Shown here: piece by piece, positions 26,101-37,216 of the stretch
Layout: every line of letters starts with the position of its first letter
Numbering within the stretch: the first letter of the stretch is position 1
Origin: Marsupella aquatica
Taxonomy: Eukaryota > Plantae > Marchantiophyta
Assembly (NCBI GenBank): GCA_973895155.1
Contig: OZ316894.1
Location: 11,153,892 to 11,217,891 of the forward strand
Reading direction: 5' to 3'
Length of the DNA: 64,000 nt
Notes under the pieces: model-generated
Told to the model about the DNA's origin: nothing
The model's input: the letters and a program-made list of their open reading frames with translations, nothing else
Database searches by the model: none
Made by a program: the position numbers and the translations under genes

Positions 26101-29100
26101 TGGCTCAGGAGAGGTGCAGCTGCGCTTCCAGAGGATTGGACCACACATGAGGGATATTATGAGGACTCCGGTCCTCTTGTAGTAGTATTTAAAGGGCCTA
26201 TGTCCATGATGAAACCTAGTTTCATCATTTTTAGTACCCTTTTCCTGATTGTGGAGCAAGTCTCACCCTAGAGGAGAAGAATGTGACAAAGTGAGAAGTT
26301 TATGACACTTCTCCTTGTATTTGGCAGGGGTGGTTTAAACCCAAAAGGAGACTATCCAAGGTCTGCCTTGCATGTGGGCTGGCTTTGAGTTTCGGGTCCT
26401 CAACTGAAAGAGTGGCATTCCAACTTGAAAGTTTATATGTCAAAGTGCCAAAGAGGGTGGCATTACAACTTTGATTGAGATTTTATATATCAAAGTGCCA
26501 ATGAAAGTACAAAAAGTGCCCAACCAGGAGACAGATTTGAAGGACAAATAGATCCAATAAAGGGAGGGAAGAAAAAGGAAACAGCCCCAAGAAGACCATA
26601 GAGGCCCAGCAAGCACCAGTCCCTCAAAACTGTAAAATTAAGAACACCCCCAAATCTACAAAAGAACACATATTTGTATGCCTTGACCTCCTCCTTAGGC
26701 AAGGTTGACAGAATCCTGGACAGCATACGTGGGAGTTTATATTATATTTTGATGCCCTAACCTCCTTCATATGCTGTCATATTATAACAAATATATGGTA
26801 AAAATATGGCAGCCTATGTGGTGGATAACCACGAGGATAAACAATGGTAAGGGAGCTCTTGCGTTCCCAATCCTTGAAAATTGACAAAAACAAAGAAAAT
26901 TTTCACATATAGCAAAGTAAGAGATGCTGTGTATAATAGAATTTATACCTTATCTGTTATGACTGACTATACCCTTATATATGTGGGTTTCATAGATTTC
27001 CCTTCAAAAATCTATCGTGCGTATACACATCGTTACACAACATACATCGTTTGTCACACACATCCAAACATAGTCACAATCCAACATCACAAACATAAGA
27101 GAATGAAATACCCATGTCCACACATGTCCAAACCCACAATAATCTTGACTCAAAATAGAACAGCAATCAATGCCAATCCAACAACGATCCCACCAGATGT
27201 GATCACCCCACGTATGTCATGCCCAACGCACCTTGTGCTTCAAGGAATCTGCGTTACATGCAGCACACAACCTGGTCAGCCACACCATAGCCACCAAAGC
27301 TTTGCTCAAATGCTCACAGGCTCAACATTGAAAGATGAGGCCTTTGAGCCAACACAAGGGGATAACTATCCCTCACACAAGCACCAACTAAACACTAAAT
27401 GTTCATATAGCACACAAACAAACCTCTATGCCTAGATAGTCCGATATACTATAGTACCACTGTAAATGGTGTGACAAATTTAATTTATATTTAAAATAAA
27501 TAACTTAGCTAACTGGTACCTAACATGTATGCACTTTTACATACCTCCAAGTATGTCTTACCGGGCCAATTTTTTAGTTTTGATACCTTTATTAGGCACT
27601 TGCACAAATACATAAAATATAAAGATATTGTGTATACAAGAAAACCACTAGTAGTTTGCAAAGTTTGGATTTACCTACCCTGGCTGCTTTTGCAATTTTG
27701 GATTTAACAGGGCTCCTCTTGCAAATCATCTTAAGACTTTTTTTCTTTCTTTGTTAAAGGGAATAGTCAGTGTAGGCACTTGAATTCACGGGGTTTCAAT
27801 CTTGCACTCAACTCATGGGGCTTCAATTTTTTATTTTAAATTCAATATTTTTTTTAAAAAATTGACAAATACACATTTAAGTTATTTTTTAACAGGCGAA
27901 ATACCAAAGAGAGCCTGTCTGAGAGGAGGAGACAGGAAAAAGGAACAAATAGGGCAGCTGGAAGAGAAAGCACACCCAGAGAAATGAAGGAGGGACCATC
28001 CCAATCGGATGGGGCTTCAATCTTGTAGTGGCTATTCCTCTATATATTCAAAAACTTGGGGTGGTGACACCCAGATGGATGATTGTCTGTGTGTAAAGAA
28101 CACAAGGAATTATTGATCGTTTGTCCTACCATAGTGAGGAAAATTCAGAACAAGTTCCTCTCCACTCAAGACAAGCAGAGCAAAAATTACTCTAAGCACA
28201 AATAACCTCCCTCTGTTTGTGCAGCACAACAGATCCATTTCCAAAATCCATTTCCAAAATCAGGCATTTGATTTTATCCAAGTTCTCAAAATCCAGCATT
28301 TGACCTCTCCCACCATCTTGATTTCTCTACTGTTTTTCAATCGTTCCTATCTCCCTCCCCTTTTTAATCCAGTTCAGATCTTGCATCACTTTGCTTTTGC
28401 TCTGATGTGTAAAAAGGCCCTCCTGTGCAAAATTCTCCCCTCCCCTCCCCTCCCCTCCCCTCCCCTCCTTCCCTCTCCCCTGCCGGACATTTGCTTCCAA
28501 ACAAAAAATTCCACTCATTTGGCCACACAAAGACTTTTAGCAGAGGTATACTACCGCTAAATGTGCAGTACTATGCTCTACTGGGCTGTACAGTGTGGTG
28601 TTGCACATGTTCTTGTAACATGGGCAACAAGGTTTCAGAAGGACCTCAGAGAACACATCACAGTGCACAGTGAGAGGGGGCCAGTCAAGTCTTACGATGA
28701 TCTTGTGCTACTATTCAAACCAGAAGATGCTAGAGGGGCCCTGTTAAGTCCAAACTTGCTGCTGGTGAGACATAGTGTGTGCTCACTATCTGGGCAGTGA
28801 CCCTCTGCAACTCTACTTGCCTCATGATGTTTGTTGTTTTTGATTGGGGCGGTTGGGTTATTTTAATTAAATGTGGGCAATTTGAGTAGGTTACAGCTGA
28901 TAAATGTGATTGTGTGACAGGAAATTAATTGAAATCTTGGCCAAATTAAGGCAAGAGAAAGAAGTACTGGTCCAACTTTCCCCAATGCTGTTCATCTATG
29001 AAATCAGCATTGGGGCAAATGGACAGCATGGATTCTTCAGAAAGTTATAATGTTGAATCCAATTCCTCCATCTTCACAGAACATTATTGTCCCTCACTCT

Positions 29101-29226
29101 TGTTGAAATTGTGAACTGCTGGTGGACTCCTTTCCCTTGTGCCTGGAAAGCTGCTGTTGGTCGAGCCTGTTGCATTGAGCAAAAGACTGTTTGGCCCACA
29201 GCCATCACCCTATTCCTTTGGTGCTA

Positions 29227-30529
29227 CACTCTTTATTTAGTGTCACTAACCATTAGTGTCACACACACTAATTAGGGGTAGCCCTTGATTTTCAGCCAAG
29301 TGACACTATTTACCCTCACCCCTAATTTTGAAAAATAAATTAACATATTGAAAAATATTGATAATTAGAGGTAACAATGTTATTGGTGGTAACCCTAAAC
29401 TGGACCCACTCCAAAGTTATCCGGACTACCAATGACATCTCTTTGTGTGTATGTTCTTAGAAAGTTTCTTTGTGTTTTAGCTTGTCACTTTGTGAAAGGA
29501 TGTTGACAAGATTGATAACATGGTGGGAATGGATTGGCCATCATAGCTGGATTTGCTAGACCAAGGGAACGAGAATCCAAGAGAGAATATTTCAAGACTA
29601 TGTCAAAATGTCATTGGTAATTAATCTGCATCGCCTTTGGCTTATCCTCGCTGCACTTCAAAAAATGAGAAATGAAGACCCAAAAAATGTGGGGACTGGG
29701 ACACGGGGCACATCTGGGAAATTGATAAATCCAAGCAAACATTGGTTTTTGACATTGACAAGGGACTTTGTAGCTGAGCTGAATAGTTATGTTGATAGAC
29801 ATGACATGTTTTGTGCACAAAATTCAATGATAAACACCAGTTTGTCTCTAAATGTGAATGGTGTATAGTCTGAAAATCAATTTACACCTGAGCTTCAGAA
29901 TATCATAGCAAAGTAACGAGTGAAGTTTGAAGGGAGTCGAATTGCCGGCCTTGACATTGATGCTACTGTTGAAGTGGCTCCTGATGTTGGTGAACCAGGT
30001 AAAGAGCCGGCTCAACGCACTTCTCTTGGGGTTGTACGCCGTCTTGCAAGGATGAGACACAGGGGACAGGTTGTACAAGAGTGAAAAGGATGTTAGTTTG
30101 TAGCTTATGTGAGACAACATGTGTTATTCATAGTTGATAGAAGTGAATCAAACAGATCTTGTTTGCTCCATGTGGTTGAGTACCCCAAACTACAATTTTG
30201 TGCTATGTGAGAAGGAGTTATCAATTTCTGAAGTTTGTTCAATGCTTGAGTAGTATATGGAAGGAGACAAGTTTCTGAAGTTTCTCAATGTTTGAGTAGT
30301 AAATTTTGTAAACTGTAATCAAATACTGTGCACATTTAAAAAAATTATTAGCAGATTTTGACAATTGTCCGTTGTATTTGTTTTAACTTAAGTGTGTGCG
30401 ACACTATTTGACATGTGACCACAATTAGTGTCATACCATATTAGTGTCACACACCCTAATTACCGTCACTTACCTCAAATATAACCTCACACTAATTCGA
30501 GTGTGTGAGACTAAATACTGTATAGAGTG
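29227..30529 (+). mobile_element. Tc1/mariner-superfamily (pogo-like) deletion derivative carrying a transposase C-terminal relic
   Basis: TA|CACTCT..TATTTAGT.TCAC ... GTGAGACTAAATA..AGAGTG|TA termini with TA flanks; subterminal CACACTAATT motifs. Relic peptide SGKLINPSKHWFLTLTRDFVAELNSYVDRHDMFCAQNSMINTSLSLNVNGV*SENQFTPELQNIIAK at ~29713-29912. Confidence 0.65.
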
Positions 30530-32060
30530 TAGCTAGGAGACCCTACAGCAAGATTGATCCTGCTCAGACTTGGTCTAAAGAGTATTTGGTGTTGTTTGAA
30601 TAGGATAATGTCCTGGTTAGAGGGCATTGTGAGACATAAGGCACCCCAAAACTAGGGTGGTAGCACAAGTTTTGAGGCCTTTATTTTCATAATCCCCATA
30701 ACTATAGTAGGAATTAACATGCGTAGATATTTAGTGCTTTTTTGGAATAGACAAGAAAAAGGAAACTTGTGAATGGATAAAAAATTAAGCGCCATGCAAA
30801 AATTTGTTAGCATGCAATTTGTTTAAAAACATGGAAGAAGTTAAAATTGGAAAAATATAAGCCAGCATAAATTCTATTCTGGATATAATCTATGTTTTGT
30901 AATGCAATAATTTATTTTGTTTTGTATGTTATACCTGTTTCTCTGTTACATTTTCCTAGATTTATGGTACTACCCATAATCCCCTCCTCAAAAGAAGGGA
31001 GGTATTATGGAAAATTAATGCCCTGAAGAATGCATAGAGAAAAATCACAAAAGCTTTGAGCCACTCTCTTCTATTCAGTGTCCTTGGCTTACAACGTCAT
31101 GTTCTGAAACTTTGTCTGAAGGTGATCTTGCCCTCAAGAAAGACCCTTGGAGGGACCCTTGTTAGCAAGCACCTTCCTGCAAGTTTACTTAGCAAAGACC
31201 ACGGAGAGGTATCTGTTGCTTGTATAAAGTTTGTGAATTCCTATTTATTTTTGTTTGAAGCTTGATTGTGTGCAATTTGAGGATGCTTAAGAGATTGTAA
31301 TTCTACAAGTGTACCAGGTTAGTATGGCCCAAATTTTCTGGGGTGGCAACCACAAGCATCACATAATTCATCTTTGAATTTCACCAATGTTGACTGGAAA
31401 CCTTGCCATATCACAGTTGGACTATTTAAAGCTCCAGAGACTACTGGGATGTCTTGCAGTTGGAATTTTGGACAAGGAGACTCTTGTGACCTAGACATAT
31501 CTATTTTGTGGTCATAATATTTGGAGTGGGCTATGATGATGTCCTGGATGATGTGCATTGCCTTTGATGTAACTTGAATGTGTAACTCAATATGATGGAG
31601 AATATTGGTAATTGCAATAGGGATAGAGTTAAAATACCACCTTATTGCATCATTGATATCAGTTTTCAATGTATAGTAACACAATGCTTAGGATCATGCA
31701 AATGAATAGTCCCTAATTCCCATTGACTTTTTTTGGATTTGCAGTTTGAGTTGGTCTTTCAATTTGGAGTTACAATATGCTATTATACACTAAGCCCCAT
31801 ACCTACGCCTTTATATATTGCCCGGGTATACCATACCTAAACTGGTCAGGTTCGGCACAATAGCATCCACAAAAGTGGCAGGGCACTGGGACCCCCTCCT
31901 GTGGAACGAACTCTCAGAACTGGAAAATTTGTTGATCATGTTGGTTTTGATCGTACTCACTGTTTGGGTCTCCCAATGGTGCAAAATAACCTTTCCTTCG
32001 TCTCAAGACTCAGGACCATCAGCGCTGAGTGTGTCAATAGTCTCAGGTACATACCAGCTG

Positions 32061-32178
32061 TAGACTACATAGACACGGTCATAGGACTACACCCATATGG
32101 GCAGCTGGTATGGTAGGTCTCACGTCCATACCAGCTGCCCATATGGGTGTAGTCCTATGACCGTGTCTATGTAGTCTA
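32061..32178. repeat. Perfect inverted repeat: 53-bp arms, 12-nt loop
   Basis: 32061-32113 is the exact reverse complement of 32126-32178; loop TAGGTCTCACGT. Confidence 0.97.
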
Positions 32179-32904
32179 TGCTGGCATGGGAGTCCAGGCA
32201 TCAACAGCGGTGTCTCTCAAAATTATGTGCCCAATTATGTGCCCAAGAATATTTGTGTGTGTCATTAATTGTCATCATCCCATTTACGGACATTCGTACA
32301 GGCTAATAGGCCTGTCAAAGAAGTGCTGAGGACCAATTCCATGACAAGTACATTCCGGTCATGCCTGAGTCCTTCTTCAGTATTAGGAGGGGGTGCCAAA
32401 GTTGGTCCAGGGTAGCTCTTCCCAGGAGATAGTGGTCATCGGTGTTTGACCTCATGGAAGAAGGTTGTGAGGGGGGACCCTGGGGATGGGGGGACTCGGG
32501 CATGGCAAGTGCCAACTGCTCAGGCCACCTCAGGCCACAGCAGGTGGTCAAAGCCATATGACACACTCATGGGCTTCACTAAGGGTGCCCCACCATTTGT
32601 GAGGTGCAACCATGCCAAACCTGACCAGGTCAACCATGAGGACAACTTTGGCAGCCCCTATTGAACTCTATGGTCTCTCTATCTATATAACTCTTTCCAA
32701 AGAGAAGTTAGAGTTGGGGCCTAGGCTTCTAGAGCCTCTAGACAGTGACTCTAGGGTCTCTGGGGCCCACCAAATTCATGTGGATGGAAAGAAGGGCAAG
32801 AGATATTATGTATATCAAAATGATGAGCATGCACGATAATTTTGTTCTAGTTTCAATATATATTCAAAGAATGCACATTCAGGCTTGTACTTCAGACACT
32901 AAGG

Positions 32905-33530
32905 GACTCTCCAATTATCCTATTTCTATGTGCTGATTGGACTAGCTTGAGAATGGGCTATGGTAATTCTCTTGGTATAGGGTCTGGACTGAAGATCTCA
33001 CTAGCGTAATCTGAAAGGTTTCTCCCTTTTCTACTCTACCTTCTCGCTAAAGTTTAGACTCTAGACCACTCTAGCTCCAGTTATCCCACTTCTGTGCGTC
33101 TATTGGACTCGCTTGAGAGTGGGCTATGGTAATTCTCTCCGCATAGGGTCTGCACGAAGTTCTCACCAGCGTAATCTTCTACTCTATTGTCTCTGTAGAG
33201 TTTAGACTTTAGATCACTCTCCAATTATCCTATTTATTCTATGTGTACTGACTCGCTTATTGTCTCTGTAGAGTTTAGACTTTAGACCACTCTCCAATTA
33301 TCCTATGTATTCTATGTGTACTGACTCGCTTGAGAGTGGGCTCGGTAATTCTCTCCGCATAGGGTCTGGACGAAGACCTCACCAGCGTAACCTTCTACTC
33401 TATTGCTTCTGTAGAGTTTAGACTTTAGACCACTTTCCAATTATCCTATTTCTATGTGTACTTGAGAGTGGGCTATGGTAAATCTCTCTGTGCTATAGGG
33501 TCTGGATTGAACATCTCACAAGAGTAAGCT
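32905..33530. repeat. Tandem array, ~135-170-bp unit, about four copies plus a partial internal duplication
   Basis: Recurring CTTGAGAGTGGGCTATGGTAATTCTCT..ATAGGGTCTGGAC.GAAG..CTCACCAGCGTAA and AGAGTTTAGACTTTAGACCACTCTCCAATTATCCTAT. Confidence 0.9.
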
Positions 33531-33866
33531 TTAAGATTTCCCCTTTCTCACAAGAGTCAGATTTAAGGTTTTTCCTTTCTCACCGGTGTGGCTAATGTCA
33601 GCCAGTTTGAAGTACAAGATGCTATGAAATTCCTTATCTAGTTTCCTGAGATATATTCTGACTATTAAATCTCCCCTAGATTTAATGATGACCATTTGAT
33701 TCTGACTAATGGGGCGTCTGGCTAGGGTGGGAAACTACTATTGGGAAACAACAAACCTAGCATATCTTTGTCAAAATTGTCAAGAACTCGTTGGAGAGGA
33801 GGAATCTGATAAGCTTTTGGCACCAAATTATGCTGAATCTTACTTCCTTTCTCCTTCTGGGATCAC

Positions 33867-34514
33867 TTCAAGCCAAGATGTCTAGTTTGAGTAAATGCAT
33901 ATTTCCAAATTTGACTCTACAAGTTGTCAAATTTACCAAACATACCCTTTCTAATTCTATGGAAATGCAAGTGCTCCTCATGCAGGTTTTTGTGCCAGTT
34001 TTTGGCAAACAAAAAAAAAGCACTGGTCATGCCTTGTTAAGCAAGTTTGCTGACAAGTATGGTTTTGAAATGTTTTGGAAAAAGTACACGAAAACAGCCA
34101 TGACCTTGGCGGATGGAATACCCTTAAAATATACAAAAATTCACCAAATTTTGCTGTATACTAAATCAGCACCAATTGCACCAAGAGAAATACAAATGCT
34201 CATGAAGGAGAAGAGAAAGGACCTAACTCCCTGGCCAGATAGTACCTAAAACCAAACCCAAACCCAAACAACAACAGGCCACATAGAGGCCAATGAAGTG
34301 CCTATAAGCGACTCCCACACGGGTCTAAACACCAGGCTGAGGCAGCCCCATAGGCTAAAAAGCTTCATTCCTTTCAATGGCTGTTGACAGGGGTGGTGGC
34401 ATAAGGAGCACTTGCATTCCATAGAATTATGAAGGGCATTTTGGGTAAATTTGACAACTTGTGGGTTTAATTCTGCAAATTTGCATTTACTTAATCTAGA
34501 CATCTTGGCCTGAA
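33867..34514. mobile_element. Foldback/MITE-like element with ~117-bp diverged TIRs
   Basis: 33867-33983 (TTCAAGCCAAGATGTCTAG...GCAAGTGCTCCTCATGC) is an imperfect reverse complement of 34399-34514. No TSD identified. Confidence 0.75.
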
Positions 34515-34771
34515 ACGTACCTGTTGTGTGATAAACCAGCACCAAAAGCCCACAACCCTCTCAGGTATTTGGCTCTTCCGTTTCCTGGACTTTTTTTTCC
34601 TTGTTTTCTCCCCTTTGTTGCCTCTCTATCCTTTGTTGTACGTTGTCGCTCCATTGGCTCCTTTGCGGTTGGCTCTAGATATATGTTTCTCTTCTGTATC
34701 GTTCAATTCTGCAGAAGCTAACTACAAAATCTGATACACTTTTGTTCATCGCAATCACATCTTCATCTCTT

Positions 34772-34843
34772 GGCCCCGTAGTCTAGTGGTCATGACACTG
34801 GACTCTGAATCCAGTAGCCCGAGTTCAAATCTCGGCGGGGCCT
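34772..34843 (+). tRNA. trnQ: tRNA-Gln(CTG), intronless
   Basis: 72 nt; acceptor stem GGCCCCG/CGGGGCC, A-box TAGTCTAGTGG, anticodon arm CTGGA-CTCTGAA-TCCAG, T-arm CCGAG-TTCAAAT-CTCGG. Confidence 0.95.
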
Positions 34844-35080
34844 AGTCTGTGATTGCATCTTATTCGATTTCCATACCTTTTTGAGTCCCAGTGAAAGATA
34901 ACCCACAAGGTTAGATGAAGCAGGGGGGTCCATCTCCTCAAAAAGTCAAGTACATGAGGAGTCGGATACAAGGAAGAATACTGATCCCGAGAGCTCAAGA
35001 GTTTACATACTTTCAAGCTGAGTAAAGCGGGCAAGGGTAAAAGAGCATCCTTATTTTGGCTAATCGTTGCTTCCTCTAGC

Positions 35081-35488
35081 AAGTTTTGGCATTATACTCG
35101 ATTGGGCACTCGATGCATGCGGATGTCATCCAATTCTGATCAGGAACCGTGCCCTTGTTCATTCAATTGTGAAATGAATCTAACTAAAATCCGGAACGCT
35201 CACTGTCTTGAGCAGTTGAAGCGATTTCTAGAAACTTTGGCATGATGACCGCATGTGGATATCATCCAATTCTGATCACGAACCTGCCCTTGTTCATTGA
35301 ATTGTGAGATCAATCTGACTAATATCGGGAACGGTCATTCACTTAGGCAATTCAAGCGATTTCTAAAAACGTTGGCATGATGACGACACTTGATGCATGT
35401 AGATGTCACACAATTGCGGTCACAAACCGTGTGATTGCTCAATTGTTGCAACCGCAACGATCATATCTTGGGCAATTCAAGCTATTTC
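35081..35488. repeat. Diverged tandem repeat, ~140-150-bp unit, ~3 copies
   Basis: TTGGCAT.AT...GCATG.GGAT.TCATCCAATTCTGATCA.GAACC.(G)TGCCCTTGTTCATT.AATTGTGA...GCAATTCAAGCGATTTCTA recurs. Confidence 0.85.
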
Positions 35489-37216
35489 GATGTCTGAGCA
35501 TATAATTCAGTTCTTCCGTCATGTTTGTAGAGGCCACACAAACGGATCACACAGGTTGAATGACGTCTACATATGGATACAAATTTAGTCGTCTGGATCC
35601 TTTGTCCGTCAATAGAGATTGGCACAGTGTTCCTCCTTGTTGTGTCTTCTGTTCCCGATAAGGCGGTGATTATCTTTCGGTATCAAATTTCTCAAGTTGA
35701 ATCCCAAGGTAACTGAGTCTTGATTGCAGACTGAAGGGCCCCGTCACCAACCTCTGCCAGAAAAACGGGCCCAGTAGATTCGGTAGGCACATCTCATTGA
35801 ATGATGGAAGCTGTTCGCCTGTACTTGGGATTCATAATGAGAGATATGATACAGGAAAGTGGTCTTTTGCAGACGGAACTAGCACCATCATATGTATGTG
35901 CGTAAACATGAATAGAATGACATTTTGATGAGATGCTGCTTCAAGACGACTTTCTACTACTTTCGGAATCCTTGGTTCGATGAGTAATGTGGGATATCTT
36001 ATCAAATCAATGATTTGAACACACTGATGACCTAGTAGTGCCATCTAGCAGCGACGTTGCGTTTTAAAAGAAAGATTGTCACATTCTTATCCAATCATTC
36101 AAATCACTCATGCTGCCGGATCGAGCTCCTACAACTCCACAGCTCGGTCCATTCGCGTCCTCCTCGTCTTCCAACGACGACAGTCTTATCCCATCGATGG
36201 AATCACCCCAACATGCCGGAGTAGATCATCACCAAGATTGTTGAACAAATTGGCGCAATAGTTCCAGTTCTACCTGATTTCATTTCGTATTTGCTCAATC
36301 GAACGTCTTTAGAATTATTACCCAGGCTTAACAGCTTCAAACCAGTTTCTGGCGTCCGAAGGCCCCTTTGCAAAATGAAAAAGTAATCGGGCCCCATCGA
36401 GTATGGCGATAGTCATCAAGATTATTTTATTTTGAACTCTTCAGATAGAAGAGCAGAAGAATGAATCATCGCTGCAAGTTCAGGGATGGAAATTCACCCG
36501 GAACGTTACTGATTAGATCTGGCCATACAAACCCACCAATGAGAAGAAACATGAGTGCCCTTATAATTCAGTGGCGTCCCAATACCTGAGGGTGCTACTT
36601 CTAGAGACCGAAGGCTGCACAGCAAACTATGAATACTTCCATGAACCACATTCACTCGTCTAGAAAGCAAGGCAACCACTATTCTTGGCAAGTTCTCGGT
36701 AGACAACATCTCCGAAACGAGGAAAACATGTTTTTAACATTACAATGGATTGCATTTCTCCCAACTTTAGGAGGAACTGGACTGAAAGTATATCACAGAC
36801 TTTGGCGTTTTGACCTCTTATGTAAACCCGTGTGGTCCGGATTCTATATCTTTACAGATTAGTAGTGCTCGGCAAAGATGTCCAGCCCCAAGGTCCTCAA
36901 ATGACAAGGAGATGAAGGTGTTGTTGTACTATCATCTCCTTCCAAATAAAACCAACAGACAATCTATGCGATTTCACCTCATGTCACCGAGTTAGGACAA
37001 ATGTCGATCACTATACTATGATCTCCTTTCAAATATACACTCTAAACATCGTGTTTTTGAATCACGCAGGCCCTTAACAGTATAGCTACAAAATCACGAC
37101 AGGGATTCATTTCTACAGATTTCGTAACAATTCCAAATAGAGTTGGAGTACCCACTTTTACCAGGTGTAGGGGACCATTGAGACGTATTGACAAAGCAGA
37201 GTCTAGAGCTTTCTTC

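Noticed and set aside
26881-27435. 184-aa ORF
   Set aside because: Non-ATG start, composition driven by CA-rich DNA, no motifs or splice structure; probably decayed repeat.
35600-36800. Possible gene fragment between the tRNA and the LDAP-like gene
   Set aside because: Only short broken ORFs with no recognisable motif or consistent splice chain.
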